IMG/VR virus record: IMGVR_UViG_2548876695_000022
Span: 1-32,880 of that record
Reading direction: 5' to 3' (one strand)
Origin: a virus
Lineage: Duplodnaviria > Heunggongvirae > Uroviricota > Caudoviricetes
Length of the DNA stretch: 32,880 nt
The notes beneath the pieces are model-generated. The model had not been told where the DNA came from. It worked only from the letters and a program-made list of their open reading frames with translations, and searched no databases. Below, one piece after another: positions 1 through 10,349 of this stretch (positions are counted from its first letter, which is position 1; each line of letters starts with the position of its first letter). The translations under genes and the position numbers were made by a program.

Positions 1-420
1 ATGAATTACGCCACTGAAACCGATATGCGGGCGCGTTACCGCGAGGATTTGCTCAGGCCGTTACTGGCTGTGCCCCGTTCGGATGAGCCGGACACGCGCA
101 AGCTGAACCGGGCGCTGACAGATGCGTCAGCCCTTATCGACAGCTATCTGTCCGCCCGTTACACGTTGCCGCTGGAGGTTATTCCGGCCGTTCTTGTTCA
201 GCACTGTTGCGCGATTGCCTTTTATTACCTGTGCGATCAGCGAGCCTCCGATCAGGCGCGTGACCGTTACCGTGAAGCGCTGGCCTGGCTGAAAGATGTC
301 ATGAACGGCAATGTGCCGGTCGGTGTGGATACGAACGGTGCGGCCCCTGAATCCGGGGATTTACCACAGGTTCAGTCTGATGCAGCGGTATTCGGGCGCA
401 ACCAGAAGGGCTTCATATGA
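1..420 (+). CDS. Mu gp36-like (DUF1320-type) virion protein
   Basis: 139-aa ORF starting at window position 1; its position two genes upstream of the sheath matches Mu gp36; family assignment is from memory of the N-terminal pattern only. Confidence 0.45.
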   Translation: MNYATETDMRARYREDLLRPLLAVPRSDEPDTRKLNRALTDASALIDSYLSARYTLPLEVIPAVLVQHCCAIAFYYLCDQRASDQARDRYREALAWLKDVMNGNVPVGVDTNGAAPESGDLPQVQSDAAVFGRNQKGFI

Positions 421-977
421 TTACGGAAACCGAACAGGCATACATCGCCCGTATCCGTGAGTATTTCGGGAATGAACTGGTGTCTGTTGACACGCATCCC
501 GGCGACTGGAGCGACAGCGTACTGCGCACCATGCTGATTAACGCCCCGGCGATCTACGTTGCCTGGCTGGGTGCCGGTGAAGGCCGTACCCGTGGTCGCC
601 TGGTCAGTCACTGGGTGTTCTACGTCATCGGCGACATGCTCAACGGGCGTGAGGCCAGCCGTCCCGGACTGTATCAGATTGTGGCCCGGCTGATTGCCGT
701 GCTTAACGGCTTCAGAACAGAAAAAACCTCACCGCTTTACTTTGAAAAGGCGGTCAACGGTTACACCGAAACCCAGGCGGACAGTGGTGCGGTGATGTAT
801 GCGCTTTATTTCTCCTGCGAGGAAATGATCGCACCGCTGACCGATACCAGCTCGCTGGACGACTTCCTGCGTCATTACGAAACCTTTGTGGAGCCGCCCG
901 GTACGCCGCCGTTTGAGGCACATATTGATTTGCCGGGGAACACGACAACGGCGGTCGAACCGCCGGAGGAACTGTAA
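417..977 (+). CDS. Mu gp37-like virion protein
   Basis: 186-aa ORF whose start overlaps the upstream stop (ATGA); synteny with the Mu gp36-gp37-gp38-L block. Confidence 0.4.
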   Translation: MITETEQAYIARIREYFGNELVSVDTHPGDWSDSVLRTMLINAPAIYVAWLGAGEGRTRGRLVSHWVFYVIGDMLNGREASRPGLYQIVARLIAVLNGFRTEKTSPLYFEKAVNGYTETQADSGAVMYALYFSCEEMIAPLTDTSSLDDFLRHYETFVEPPGTPPFEAHIDLPGNTTTAVEPPEEL

Positions 978-1223
978 ATGAAAACCATCTTTATCAAACC
1001 CGCGCCGGGACGCCTGATTCGTGATCCCGACACAATGCGCCCGCTGGCACAGGAGGGGGAGGAAAAGCCCTTTACGCCGTTCTGGTGTCGGCGTCTTGAT
1101 GACGGCGATGTCATTCAGGCTGAAAAAGCCGCTGAAGAGGCTCCGGCTGTATCTGCGGATGCAACGACTGCGACAGAAAAACCGGTCGCCCAACCGGCAT
1201 CCGATAAGGAGAAACCGCAATGA
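978..1223 (+). CDS. small hypothetical protein (Mu gp38 position)
   Basis: 81-aa ORF tightly packed between the gp37-like gene and the sheath gene; no recognisable motif. Confidence 0.35.
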   Translation: MKTIFIKPAPGRLIRDPDTMRPLAQEGEEKPFTPFWCRRLDDGDVIQAEKAAEEAPAVSADATTATEKPVAQPASDKEKPQ

Positions 1224-2722
1224 TTAATTTTGACGGGATCGGTAATGACCGCCGTATACCGCTGATTGAGGTTGAGTTTAATAACTCCATGGCTGTCACC
1301 GGCACTCCGGCACAGCGTCAGTGTGTGCTGCTGTTTGGTCAGGCGAGAATGAAAGAGAATGCCGTGGACGGTGCCGGTGTTCTGGATGTTCCGGTCAGGA
1401 TCACCCGTGCGTCTCAGGCAACAGAACTCTGGGGGCGCGGCTCCATGATTGCCCTGATGGTGGCGGAATTTATCGCCATCAATCCTGATGCTGAACTGTA
1501 TGCCATTGCTCAGGGGAACGGCACCGGACAGGCAACGGCTGCGGCCATGAATCTGACCGGAACGGTCACCCGTGACGGGATTGTTTATGCCTGCGTGGGG
1601 GGGCGGCGTTATACACTCCCGGCACCAAAAGGTAAGAAAGGCAAAGAACTGACCGACGAGCTGGCCGCGCTGATCAATGCCGATCCTGACGCGCCCTTCA
1701 CGGCCTCCTCTGGTGCAGGAAGTGGTGATAATGGCGCAGGTCTGAAAGGGTCTCTGGGGATCACCGCCCGCTTTACCGGTGAATGCTCCGTTCATGATGT
1801 GCGCCTGAACTATCACGACGGGGAAGCAACCCCGGAAGGAATACAGGTCGCTATAGCCTATCCGAAACAAAAAGCGGCTAACCCGGATATCACCCGAAGC
1901 GTGGCGGGTATGGGCGATCGCCAGTACAACTATGTCGTCATGCCCTATAAGGATGATGCAAACCTGAAAATCATCAGTGATGAGCTTCTGAAACGCTGGG
2001 GACCGGCCAAAATGTCTGACGGCGTGCTGTGGCTGGCACATACCGGCACGTTTGGTGAGGTGCAGGCATTCGGGGCAAAACGCAATGATTTTCTGGCGAC
2101 CTGCACATCCATTCCCAAAGCCCCTGAACCGGATTACCTCTGGGCAGCGGCGGTCTGTGCCACCTGTGCACCCTCTCTGGGAGCAGATCCTGCGCGTCCG
2201 CTTCAGACGCTGGCGCTTCCGTCACGCATGGCCCCGGCTCCGGCCGATCGTCTGACGCGTGAAGAGCGTAACAGTCTGCTGTGGGGAGGGATTGCCACGG
2301 TCAGTGTGGCTGCCGGTGATGTGGTTCAGATCGAACGTCAGGTGACCATGTATCGCCAGAACGTGTACGGCGAAAGTGATCCCAGCTATCTGGATGTGGA
2401 AACCATCTACACCCTCTCCTGGCTGCGTTATTCCCTGCGTACTTTTATCACACAACGTTTTCCGCGCCATAAACTGGCTGATGACGGGACGCCCGTTCGT
2501 GCCGGTCAGAATATCGTGACGCCGGAGATCATGAAGCTTCAGTTAATTTCGCTGGGTGAAGAGTGGGTGGAACTCGGGCTGGTCGAAAATCTGGACACCT
2601 TTAAAAAGAATCTGCTTGTGGAGCGTAATGCGTCAGATCGAAACCGTCTTGACGTGTTATGCACGCCGGATCTGGTTAACCAGTTCCGCTTCCTGGCAGC
2701 ACAGATCCGTTTCATTTTGTGA
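1220..2722 (+). CDS. contractile tail sheath protein (Mu L-like)
   Basis: 500-aa ORF with AAGGAG RBS, followed directly by a 121-aa tube-sized gene, a chaperone and a tape measure, which is the canonical myovirus order. Confidence 0.8.
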   Translation: MINFDGIGNDRRIPLIEVEFNNSMAVTGTPAQRQCVLLFGQARMKENAVDGAGVLDVPVRITRASQATELWGRGSMIALMVAEFIAINPDAELYAIAQGNGTGQATAAAMNLTGTVTRDGIVYACVGGRRYTLPAPKGKKGKELTDELAALINADPDAPFTASSGAGSGDNGAGLKGSLGITARFTGECSVHDVRLNYHDGEATPEGIQVAIAYPKQKAANPDITRSVAGMGDRQYNYVVMPYKDDANLKIISDELLKRWGPAKMSDGVLWLAHTGTFGEVQAFGAKRNDFLATCTSIPKAPEPDYLWAAAVCATCAPSLGADPARPLQTLALPSRMAPAPADRLTREERNSLLWGGIATVSVAAGDVVQIERQVTMYRQNVYGESDPSYLDVETIYTLSWLRYSLRTFITQRFPRHKLADDGTPVRAGQNIVTPEIMKLQLISLGEEWVELGLVENLDTFKKNLLVERNASDRNRLDVLCTPDLVNQFRFLAAQIRFIL

Positions 2723-2730
2723 GGTAAGGC

Positions 2731-3096
2731 ATGAGCGGAAAACAGTATCAGGGTACGGCCACTATCCGTGTGAACGGTCAGGAATACGAGACGCTTGAGG
2801 GAGCTACATTTTCTCCGTCTGGTTTTGAACGTGAAGTGGTGAAAGGCGCGAAAGTCTATGGTTACCGCCAGAAACCACGTGAAGCGACGCTGGACTGCAA
2901 ATTTCCGGCAGGCGGAGAAGGTTCACCAGCCGCCGATGAAATCAACAACTGGACTGCGGTCACTATCGAGTTTGTGGCGGATACCGGCGAAGTCCACATG
3001 ATGACGAAGGCCTGGAGCAGTGAACCGGCCTCGCTTGACGGTGGCGGGGAGATCTCCGTGAAGTTCGCCAGCGCCTCCAGTACCCGTGTTCAGTGA
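2731..3096 (+). CDS. tail tube protein (Mu M-like)
   Basis: 121-aa ORF immediately after the sheath gene, with GAGG-type RBS; size and position are typical. Confidence 0.75.
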   Translation: MSGKQYQGTATIRVNGQEYETLEGATFSPSGFEREVVKGAKVYGYRQKPREATLDCKFPAGGEGSPAADEINNWTAVTIEFVADTGEVHMMTKAWSSEPASLDGGGEISVKFASASSTRVQ

Positions 3097-3587
3097 TCAG
3101 GAAAAATAAAATGACCACACGTAAGAAAAAAACGGCAGTTTCCGAGGCAGCCGTGATGGAGGCAATCCGGGAAGCACTTGAGGGGGCTGATCCACGCACT
3201 GCCGGGCTGACAGAGCAACTGGCAAAGGGATATGTGGATCTGCTTGATGGTCTGCCGTTTGGTGAGACCCGTGAATATCGTGTCACGTTCCGGGAACTGA
3301 CAGCGAAAGACAGTATTGACGCAGAAGCAGAAGCCGAGCGCGTGGTGGAGACAAACAATGGCCCGATGCTGATAGCGTCTCCGTCGTTACGCGGTGTTGC
3401 ACTGCTGCGCCGTCAGATTGCCGCAGTGGGAGACATTGAAGGTCCGTTGTCACCCCGTCAGATTGGACAGTTAAGCGAGCGCGATCTCTCCCGCCTGATG
3501 GCAGCGGTCAGCCTGCTGGATACCGCGCTTGCCGGAAAGCTGGCAGCTGACCGGGGGCGATCAGGCGCAGTGTCGGGATCAGATTGA
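3093..3587 (+). CDS. tail assembly chaperone (Mu gp41 position)
   Basis: 164-aa ORF between tube and tape measure; an overlapping alternative frame runs to the tape-measure start. Confidence 0.6.
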   Translation: MIRKNKMTTRKKKTAVSEAAVMEAIREALEGADPRTAGLTEQLAKGYVDLLDGLPFGETREYRVTFRELTAKDSIDAEAEAERVVETNNGPMLIASPSLRGVALLRRQIAAVGDIEGPLSPRQIGQLSERDLSRLMAAVSLLDTALAGKLAADRGRSGAVSGSD

Positions 3588-3711
3588 AGAAGCGGCAATT
3601 ATCCTGGGGATGGTGACAAAAAGCGGTCCGGAATGGGCGCTTAACCTCCCCCTGTCGCAACTTTACCGGCACTGCCGACAGACAGAAAAAATCATCAGAA
3701 CGAAGCAGTAA
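3499..3711 (+). other. alternative-frame extension of the tail chaperone (putative programmed-frameshift product, +1/-2 frame)
   Basis: A frame offset +1 from the chaperone is open from 3499 to the stop at 3709-3711, 2 nt before the tape-measure ATG at 3714, and overlaps the chaperone 3' end (3499-3587). Confidence 0.4.
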
Positions 3712-3713
3712 GT

Positions 3714-5789
3714 ATGGCCCGAAATCTCAGAGCATCTCTGATAGTTGATTTGCTCGGCAATATCTCAGCCAAATCCCGCCAGTGGTCACAGGAGCTGGGG
3801 GCATTCTCACGCTCCGGCCAGGCGGGGCTGGGTGGCCTGGGAAATGCTGCCCGCCGTGCCGGGCAGGAAACAGATGTACTCGGAAGCAGGATGCAGCGCA
3901 CGCTGGCCGGGGTGCGGGGCAGTATCCGCCATGTCACTTCTGATTTTGACCGTCTTCAGGGCAGTATTACCGGCACCATCGGGCGGATCAGCAATCTTTA
4001 CGGAATGCTGGCCGGTGGTGCTGCTGTATATGGCTTTAACCGGGGATTTATTCGCCCGGCAGCGGAGATGGAAACCTATATGATTCGCCTGAACTCCCTT
4101 TACAAAGGGGATCGGGCGAAAACTGATGATGTCCGCAGGTGGGCAATACAGAATGCGAAGGAAACCACCTGGGGGCTGGCTGGCGTCATGCAGGAATATA
4201 CGTCCAGTCTGGGCTTTGGTATGAGTGACAGGGAGGCCCGAAATTTTGTCACCATGCTTCAGGATCAGGGTGCCGTGGGCGGCTGGTCACTGTCCGATGC
4301 ACAGGGGGCATCCCTGCAACTGAAACAGATGTATGCAAGAGGCAGTATTCAGGCGGCGGATGCAAATATTCTTGCCACCTACGGCATTAATGCCTACCGC
4401 GTGCTGGCTGATCGTCTGGGTGTGGACCAGAAAGTGGTCAGAAAACTTGGTGAAAAAGGGCTGCTTGGGCCGGACAGTATTCGCCTGTTATTTCAGACGC
4501 TGGCGGAACAGGCCAGGGGAGCACAAAAGGACGCAATGAATTCCTGGAGTGGCCTGACGGCCATGATGGGTGACGTCTGGGACCAGTTTGCCCGGGATGT
4601 GATGGACAGTGGGCCATTTGAAAAACTGAAGGGTAATCTCAGGGGATTTCTTTCATGGGTTGACAGTGCCAAATCTGATGGCAGTTACCATTCCCTGGCG
4701 GAAAGCACGGCATCAGCCATGAACCAGGGCTTTGAGTATGCCCGTGATGCAGTGACAGGGTTTTATCAGGCGATCAGAAAGGTACGCGACACGCTTCAGG
4801 CTCTGCGGGATGCGGGCTATGGTGATGCGCTGGATCGCATTGGTCAGGGGGCACAGACCGCCGCGAAATACCTGCTGTACATGTATCTCGCCACCCGTGC
4901 CCTGAAAATGGCGCGGGCTGTCGGAACGGGGATTATACGTCCGGGTGCTGCATTGCTGGGATACGGATTATCAGCGGCGGCCTTCCTGACCTCACCTTTC
5001 CGGCGCTCTCCTCCGGCCGGAACACCACCAGGCACATCTCAGGGACGAGGGCAACGTTTTATAAACTTTCTTACCGGGGTAAATCCGGCAGCCGTTCAGC
5101 CAGTACTTGTAACAAACTGGCCCACAGGAGGACTGTCCGGCACCGGCGCGACCGATACATCCTCAGGCGGACGTCAGGGGCGGGGCCGCAGGAAACGCGG
5201 ACCGGGGCGCGGAAGACCGGTCACGCCTCCCCTGCCACCGTCCCCAGTGCCACCGTCTCCCTCTTCTGGTGGGGCAGGGTTCTGGGGGCGCATGATGGGG
5301 CGCGCCGGTGGGTTACTTTCGTCTGTCGGTAGCCGCATGGGGCTGGGGCGTTTCTCCGGCTTTTTCCGCAGTGCCGGTGGACTGGCCGGCCGGCTGGGTG
5401 GAGGTGCCCTGTGGGCTGGCGCGATGGCAGCCCCGGTTCTGCTGGATGGCAGCGCCAGTGCCACAGACAAGGGAGAAGCGGTCGGCTCTCTTGCAGGCAG
5501 TATTGCCGGTGGTGCGCTGGGGGCGGCAGCCGGACCTGTGGGGATTGCCATTGGTTCTACGGTGGGCAGCTATCTCGGTAACTATCTGGGGGGATGGCTG
5601 ACTGAAGCCTGGCAGAAATTACGGGGCAGTGATGATGAAAGCAGTGGACAGGCGGTACAAAAAGCCTCTGCCCGTGTGGAGCTGGTTGCCCCGGAAGGGT
5701 GGCAGGCTCGCAGTATTGATATTGATGACACGTCCGGTCACGGACTGGATGTGAATGTCTGGAACGGAGGGAATTATGGCCTCTGGTGA
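3714..5789 (+). CDS. tail tape measure protein
   Basis: 691-aa ORF after the chaperone, with a long alpha-helical N-terminal part and a Gly/Pro/Ala-rich C-terminal part. Confidence 0.8.
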   Translation: MARNLRASLIVDLLGNISAKSRQWSQELGAFSRSGQAGLGGLGNAARRAGQETDVLGSRMQRTLAGVRGSIRHVTSDFDRLQGSITGTIGRISNLYGMLAGGAAVYGFNRGFIRPAAEMETYMIRLNSLYKGDRAKTDDVRRWAIQNAKETTWGLAGVMQEYTSSLGFGMSDREARNFVTMLQDQGAVGGWSLSDAQGASLQLKQMYARGSIQAADANILATYGINAYRVLADRLGVDQKVVRKLGEKGLLGPDSIRLLFQTLAEQARGAQKDAMNSWSGLTAMMGDVWDQFARDVMDSGPFEKLKGNLRGFLSWVDSAKSDGSYHSLAESTASAMNQGFEYARDAVTGFYQAIRKVRDTLQALRDAGYGDALDRIGQGAQTAAKYLLYMYLATRALKMARAVGTGIIRPGAALLGYGLSAAAFLTSPFRRSPPAGTPPGTSQGRGQRFINFLTGVNPAAVQPVLVTNWPTGGLSGTGATDTSSGGRQGRGRRKRGPGRGRPVTPPLPPSPVPPSPSSGGAGFWGRMMGRAGGLLSSVGSRMGLGRFSGFFRSAGGLAGRLGGGALWAGAMAAPVLLDGSASATDKGEAVGSLAGSIAGGALGAAAGPVGIAIGSTVGSYLGNYLGGWLTEAWQKLRGSDDESSGQAVQKASARVELVAPEGWQARSIDIDDTSGHGLDVNVWNGGNYGLW

Positions 5790-7125
5790 CGGTCGTGGTG
5801 CGTTCCGTGGTGTGCCGTTCCTCGTCTGGCGTGAGCAGCGCGAACGTGGCGGGCGAAACATTGTCCGTCGGGAATATCCGTTACGGGAAACCGGTGGTGC
5901 AGACGATCTGGGACCTAAACTGGCTGAATTTACGTTCAGTGTACTTGTGATGGGGGATGATGTTCAGACACAGCGAAATCGTCTGCGTGATGCCCTTCGT
6001 GCTCCCGGTGCCGGGGAGCTGCTTCACCCGGATTACGGCACGTTAAATGTGCTGATAAACAGCTTTGAAAGTCGTTATAACGCTGCTGAACAGGGCGTGG
6101 TTGAGTTCACCATTAATGTCACGCCGGTAAGTGATGATACCGCACCTGCTGTCACACAGGACACGGCCGCCATTCTGGAGCAGAAGAGTACCACCGCGCT
6201 CGGGAAGGTTTTTGAAACCCTGGAAGCGGGCTGGACGGTGATTTCTGACGGAATGCACGATGTCCAGGCAATGACCGAAACCATCAGCGATAAGGTGTCC
6301 GCCCTGGAAAATGCCGTTTCCGGCATGGGGATTGTACAGGATATCAGTGCCTTTACTGCCACGTTCACGGCGCTGAAAGGGAATGCCACGGCATTACTGA
6401 CAGCACCTTCCCGCATGGCCTCATCTTTTGCGGGGCTTTTCAGTGCCCTGATCACCCTGCCATCGCTGCCGTCACTGTCTTCAGGAGGCCTGAATACCCG
6501 GCCCGGTGGCAGTATCGGCCGGACGACATCCGCCGTCTCTCAGGGAATGCCACAACTGTACAGGACATTATCTTCCCTGCGTTACGTGCTGGATGAGCAG
6601 GATAATCCGCAGACTCTCATCGGTCTGACACCGGCAGCACAAAAGAATATTCGTCTGATACGGGCGGTAATGCAGAGTGCTGCCGTGGTGGCCCAGGCAC
6701 AGACCGTGGGAAAACTGCTGGATCAGGTTCTCAGTCAGGAAACCCTGCCGGACAGTGACGCAGCCCACCGTACCTGGCCTGTCTGGCTGGAAAGTTCAGT
6801 TGATCTTCAGCGCATTAACCGTGACTTAAGCGAAGCGCTCGAACGGCAGGTGATGACACTGTCCGGGCAGGGGTATACCGCCACGGCGCTGACGCTTCGT
6901 GATGCCAGACTGGCACTGACAGAGGATCTGAATACACGGGGAGTTCAGCTACCCGGTGCAACAGTAGTGACTGTACGTACCACCGAGCCTGCACTGGTGA
7001 CCCTGTACCGTGCCACCGGGAACAGTACCGGCTGGCAACGTTTTGTGCGCCGTAACGGTATTATTGATCCGCTGTTCATTCCCGGAGGCCATTCAGTGGA
7101 GGTGATTAGTGAGCAGCAGGGTTGA
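5776..7125 (+). CDS. DNA circulation protein N-like baseplate/tube-initiator protein (Mu N, gp43)
   Basis: N-terminal FRGVPF motif typical of Mu N-like proteins; start chosen at the second ATG (5776), which has a GGAGGG RBS; the ORF track starts at 5755. Confidence 0.65.
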   Translation: MASGDGRGAFRGVPFLVWREQRERGGRNIVRREYPLRETGGADDLGPKLAEFTFSVLVMGDDVQTQRNRLRDALRAPGAGELLHPDYGTLNVLINSFESRYNAAEQGVVEFTINVTPVSDDTAPAVTQDTAAILEQKSTTALGKVFETLEAGWTVISDGMHDVQAMTETISDKVSALENAVSGMGIVQDISAFTATFTALKGNATALLTAPSRMASSFAGLFSALITLPSLPSLSSGGLNTRPGGSIGRTTSAVSQGMPQLYRTLSSLRYVLDEQDNPQTLIGLTPAAQKNIRLIRAVMQSAAVVAQAQTVGKLLDQVLSQETLPDSDAAHRTWPVWLESSVDLQRINRDLSEALERQVMTLSGQGYTATALTLRDARLALTEDLNTRGVQLPGATVVTVRTTEPALVTLYRATGNSTGWQRFVRRNGIIDPLFIPGGHSVEVISEQQG

Positions 7126-8233
7126 ACTGTATCTGGGCGGTGAGATTTTTTCCGGCTGGCTGACGGTGAGTGTTCGTCGCTCTCTTGAACATCTGGCGGG
7201 CTCCTTTGAACTGGGGGTAATGATGCCCGGTGTACGCCTTCCGTCATCCGTCCGTGCCGGTCAGTCTCTGGAATTGCGCATTGACGGTCAGCCTGTGATC
7301 ACTGGCTGGCTGGATCAGGTCCGGCAGCGCATCAGCGCCACGCGTTTTCAGATCACGCTCAGCGGACGGGATAAAACCGGTGACCTGGTGGACTGTTCAG
7401 CCATTCATCCGGGCAGCCAGTGGAGGAACCGCACGCTGGAGCACATTGCTTCAGATTTGTGTGCTCCGTTCGGGGTCACGGTGCGCTGGCAGGTAAATGA
7501 TGCAACGGCAGCCCGGCCCTTTTCCACCTTCACACTGGAAAATTCAGAAACCGTGGCAGATGCGCTGACACGGGCCGCGAGACACAGAGGCGTCCTGGTA
7601 ACCAGTAATGCCGCCGGTGAACTGGTTTTCACTCAGGCCGGCAGTCAGCGTGGTGACACGCTGACGCTGGGCGAAAATCTGCTGGATTTGGATCACAACG
7701 TGGATCACCGTCTGCGCCACAGTGAATACCGTGTACGGGGGCACGGGCGTGGTGGTGGTCATGCCGGGGATGCACTGACAGCCGGAACGCTGGCCGCACC
7801 AGTTGGTACGGTGACAGACAGTGCCATCCACCGTTACAGACCGAAAATTGTGCTGGCGGATCATGCTGTTGATGCAGACGGTGCACGCCAGAGGGCTGTC
7901 CGGGAAATGCGCCGGGCGGTTGCCCGCTCTGTGCGCCTGACAGCCACCGTGCGGCACTGGTTTCGGGAGAACGGCCAGTTGTGGGATATCAACCTGCTGA
8001 CGGCTGTCACGGCTCCCCGTACCGGAGTGGAAGAGCGTGATCTTCTTGTCTGTCAGGTGGAGTTTTCGCTGGATGCAAATCACGGCGAAACCACCCGTCT
8101 GATTCTGGCACCCCGTGACGGCTTTATTGTTCCGGCAGAGCCGGGAAACAGCGGAAGCGGAAATGCGGGTGACGTGGACGCCTTCGTGCGGGCACAGATG
8201 AAAAAACAGGGGATTAAATTCAATGATGAATGA
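7109..8233 (+). CDS. baseplate hub protein (Mu P / P2 gpD-like)
   Basis: 374-aa ORF with GTG start directly after the N-like gene; gpD-like pattern and Mu synteny. Confidence 0.65.
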   Translation: MSSRVELYLGGEIFSGWLTVSVRRSLEHLAGSFELGVMMPGVRLPSSVRAGQSLELRIDGQPVITGWLDQVRQRISATRFQITLSGRDKTGDLVDCSAIHPGSQWRNRTLEHIASDLCAPFGVTVRWQVNDATAARPFSTFTLENSETVADALTRAARHRGVLVTSNAAGELVFTQAGSQRGDTLTLGENLLDLDHNVDHRLRHSEYRVRGHGRGGGHAGDALTAGTLAAPVGTVTDSAIHRYRPKIVLADHAVDADGARQRAVREMRRAVARSVRLTATVRHWFRENGQLWDINLLTAVTAPRTGVEERDLLVCQVEFSLDANHGETTRLILAPRDGFIVPAEPGNSGSGNAGDVDAFVRAQMKKQGIKFNDE

Positions 8234-8837
8234 CGAAGTCATCAGCCGCCTTCTGGCCCCCGTGATGCGGGGTGTTCGTCTGCTGTTCGGGCGTGGTGTA
8301 CTGACCGGCACAACGGACACGCTGAAAATCCAGAATGTGCAAATCACCGGTATGGATGGTGAAACCTTTGATGACGTTGAACGCCCCCAGCAGTACGGGC
8401 AAATCAGCGTCCCCCTGCCTGGTGCGGAAGTTTTTCTGGCCTGTGCTGGCGGACAACGGGATCAGGCCGTGGTGCTTGTGGTGGAAGACCGCCGCAGTCG
8501 CCCGACCGGACTTACCGCCGGAGATACCGGCGTGTATCACCATGAGGGGCACCGCATACGTCTGACAAAGAACGGCCGGATCATTGTGACCTGTAAGACG
8601 CTGGAGATTTACGCCGATGAAGGTGTTCAGGTGGATACACCGGAGGCTCACTTTACCGGTAATGTCACAGTGGATAAGAACCTGCATGTCAAAGGCAATG
8701 TGTCCATTGACGGCACCGGAAGATCACAGGGGACGTTCACGATGTCCGAAGCGGTTATTGCCGGGATCACCTATTCAGGTCATGTGCATCACGATAACGG
8801 TGAAGGCAGCAAAACGGGAGGACCAGAGAATGGCTGA
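8223..8837 (+). CDS. baseplate spike/assembly protein (Mu gp45, gpV-like)
   Basis: 204-aa ORF, position after the hub gene, with a C-terminal His-rich tip (SGHVHHDNGEGS) typical of spike apices. Confidence 0.65.
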   Translation: MMNDEVISRLLAPVMRGVRLLFGRGVLTGTTDTLKIQNVQITGMDGETFDDVERPQQYGQISVPLPGAEVFLACAGGQRDQAVVLVVEDRRSRPTGLTAGDTGVYHHEGHRIRLTKNGRIIVTCKTLEIYADEGVQVDTPEAHFTGNVTVDKNLHVKGNVSIDGTGRSQGTFTMSEAVIAGITYSGHVHHDNGEGSKTGGPENG

Positions 8838-9267
8838 TATTGCTGTCGTCTGGGATCAGGGTTGCGGTTCCCTGCAACTGAACGGCGCAGATCTTCTGAC
8901 GGATAACAGCCTGCTGACTGCGGTCATTATTTCACTGTTTACGGACAGGCGGGCGCTGGATTCCGATGAAATCCCTGACGGCACCCGTGACCGTCGGGGA
9001 TGGTGGGGAGACAGTTTCCGGGAGCGCCCCGTTGGCTCCCGTCTCTGGCTGTTAAGCCGTGAAAAGACGCTGTCCTCCGTGGTCAGCCGTGCACAGGCCT
9101 ATGCTGATGAAGCGCTGGCGTGGCTGCATAAAAGCGGTGCTGCCACATCCGTGGTATGTCATGCCATGCGTGTGGGGCATGCTCGCCTTTCGCTTTCCGT
9201 GAAAATCACCCTGCCGGACGGAAGCAGACATCCGATGATTTTTTATGCTGATATGAAGGGGGAATGA
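8830..9267 (+). CDS. gp46 / gp25-like baseplate wedge protein
   Basis: Start placed at the internal ATG (8830) with a GGGAGG RBS, giving ~145 aa; the ORF track start at 8617 would overlap the upstream gene in-frame. Confidence 0.6.
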   Translation: MADIAVVWDQGCGSLQLNGADLLTDNSLLTAVIISLFTDRRALDSDEIPDGTRDRRGWWGDSFRERPVGSRLWLLSREKTLSSVVSRAQAYADEALAWLHKSGAATSVVCHAMRVGHARLSLSVKITLPDGSRHPMIFYADMKGE

Positions 9268-10349
9268 TGCCTTATCAGCCCTTACCACTGGCGCAACTGA
9301 TCACACAGACACAACAGGATATCAGCCAGCGCCTGCCCGGTTCGCAGCCGGGCGTGAATGAAACCACCCTGAATGCCATTGCGTATGCACTGGCGGGTCT
9401 GTCAGCACAGGAGCATGAACATCTGGCCTGGATCTCCCGGCAGATAATTCCGACAGAAGCTGATGAAGCCGAACTCCTGAAACACTGCGCATTCTGGGGT
9501 GTCATCCGTAAACCGGCTTCCCGCGCTGACGGACCGGTACAACTGATGCTGACCACGGATGCAGGGATCACGGAAGGCGTACTCCTTCAGCGAAGCGATG
9601 GGGTTGTGTACCGCATCACCGGCTCTGCGACCGGAAAAGCCGGAACACTGAATGTTAATGTGGAGGCGGAAAGTGCGGGGCGCGCTGGAAATACCCCGAC
9701 CGGAACCCGCCTGTCCTTTATCACGCCACAGGCGGGCATCAACCAGACAGCCACGGTCACCGGCACGGGACTCACCGGTGGTGCGGATGTGGAAACGGTG
9801 CCGGAGTTGCTGTCCAGGCTGGTATTCCGGGTACAGAACCCGCCATCAGGGGGAACACAGTATGATTTTGAACGCTGGGCACGGGAAGTACCGGGCGTGA
9901 CGCGGGCATGGTGTAAGCCTGAATGGCCTGAGGCGGGTAGTGTTGGTGTGACTTTTGTTCAGGATAATAACCCTGACATTTTCCCCGGAGAAGGTGATGT
10001 GAAGCGGGTGGCGGATTATATCCGCAGTCATGATGATCCGGCGACGGGCCAGCCCGTTGGTCAGCCACTTGGGCCGACAATCAGCGTGTTTAAGCTGACC
10101 AATAAGCCGGTGGCGTTTGAGATCAGGATTGTACCCAAAACGCCGGAAAATCAGGCTGCCGTAAAACAGGCATTAACGGACCTGCTTTATAACGAATCGC
10201 GGCCGGGTGGACTTGTATTGCCTTCATCATTCTGGCGGGCTGTTGCAGGGGTGAAAGGACTGGAGGATTTTGAAGTTCGCAGCCCGCTGAAGTCCGTGAT
10301 GGCCGGAGATACAGAGTTGCTGACCGTGGGGGAAATCACATGGCTGTAA
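9264..10349 (+). CDS. baseplate J-like protein (Mu gp47)
   Basis: 361-aa ORF overlapping the upstream stop; size and position match baseplate J-family proteins. Confidence 0.7.
   Translation: MMPYQPLPLAQLITQTQQDISQRLPGSQPGVNETTLNAIAYALAGLSAQEHEHLAWISRQIIPTEADEAELLKHCAFWGVIRKPASRADGPVQLMLTTDAGITEGVLLQRSDGVVYRITGSATGKAGTLNVNVEAESAGRAGNTPTGTRLSFITPQAGINQTATVTGTGLTGGADVETVPELLSRLVFRVQNPPSGGTQYDFERWAREVPGVTRAWCKPEWPEAGSVGVTFVQDNNPDIFPGEGDVKRVADYIRSHDDPATGQPVGQPLGPTISVFKLTNKPVAFEIRIVPKTPENQAAVKQALTDLLYNESRPGGLVLPSSFWRAVAGVKGLEDFEVRSPLKSVMAGDTELLTVGEITWL

Noticed and set aside
1115-2041. 308-aa ORF on the - strand
   Set aside because: Lies entirely antisense to the well-supported tail sheath gene; long antisense open frames are common in GC-rich coding DNA; no RBS or recognisable motif
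7544-8347. 267-aa ORF on the - strand
   Set aside because: Antisense to the hub (P-like) and spike genes, Cys/Arg-rich low-complexity translation; treated as spurious
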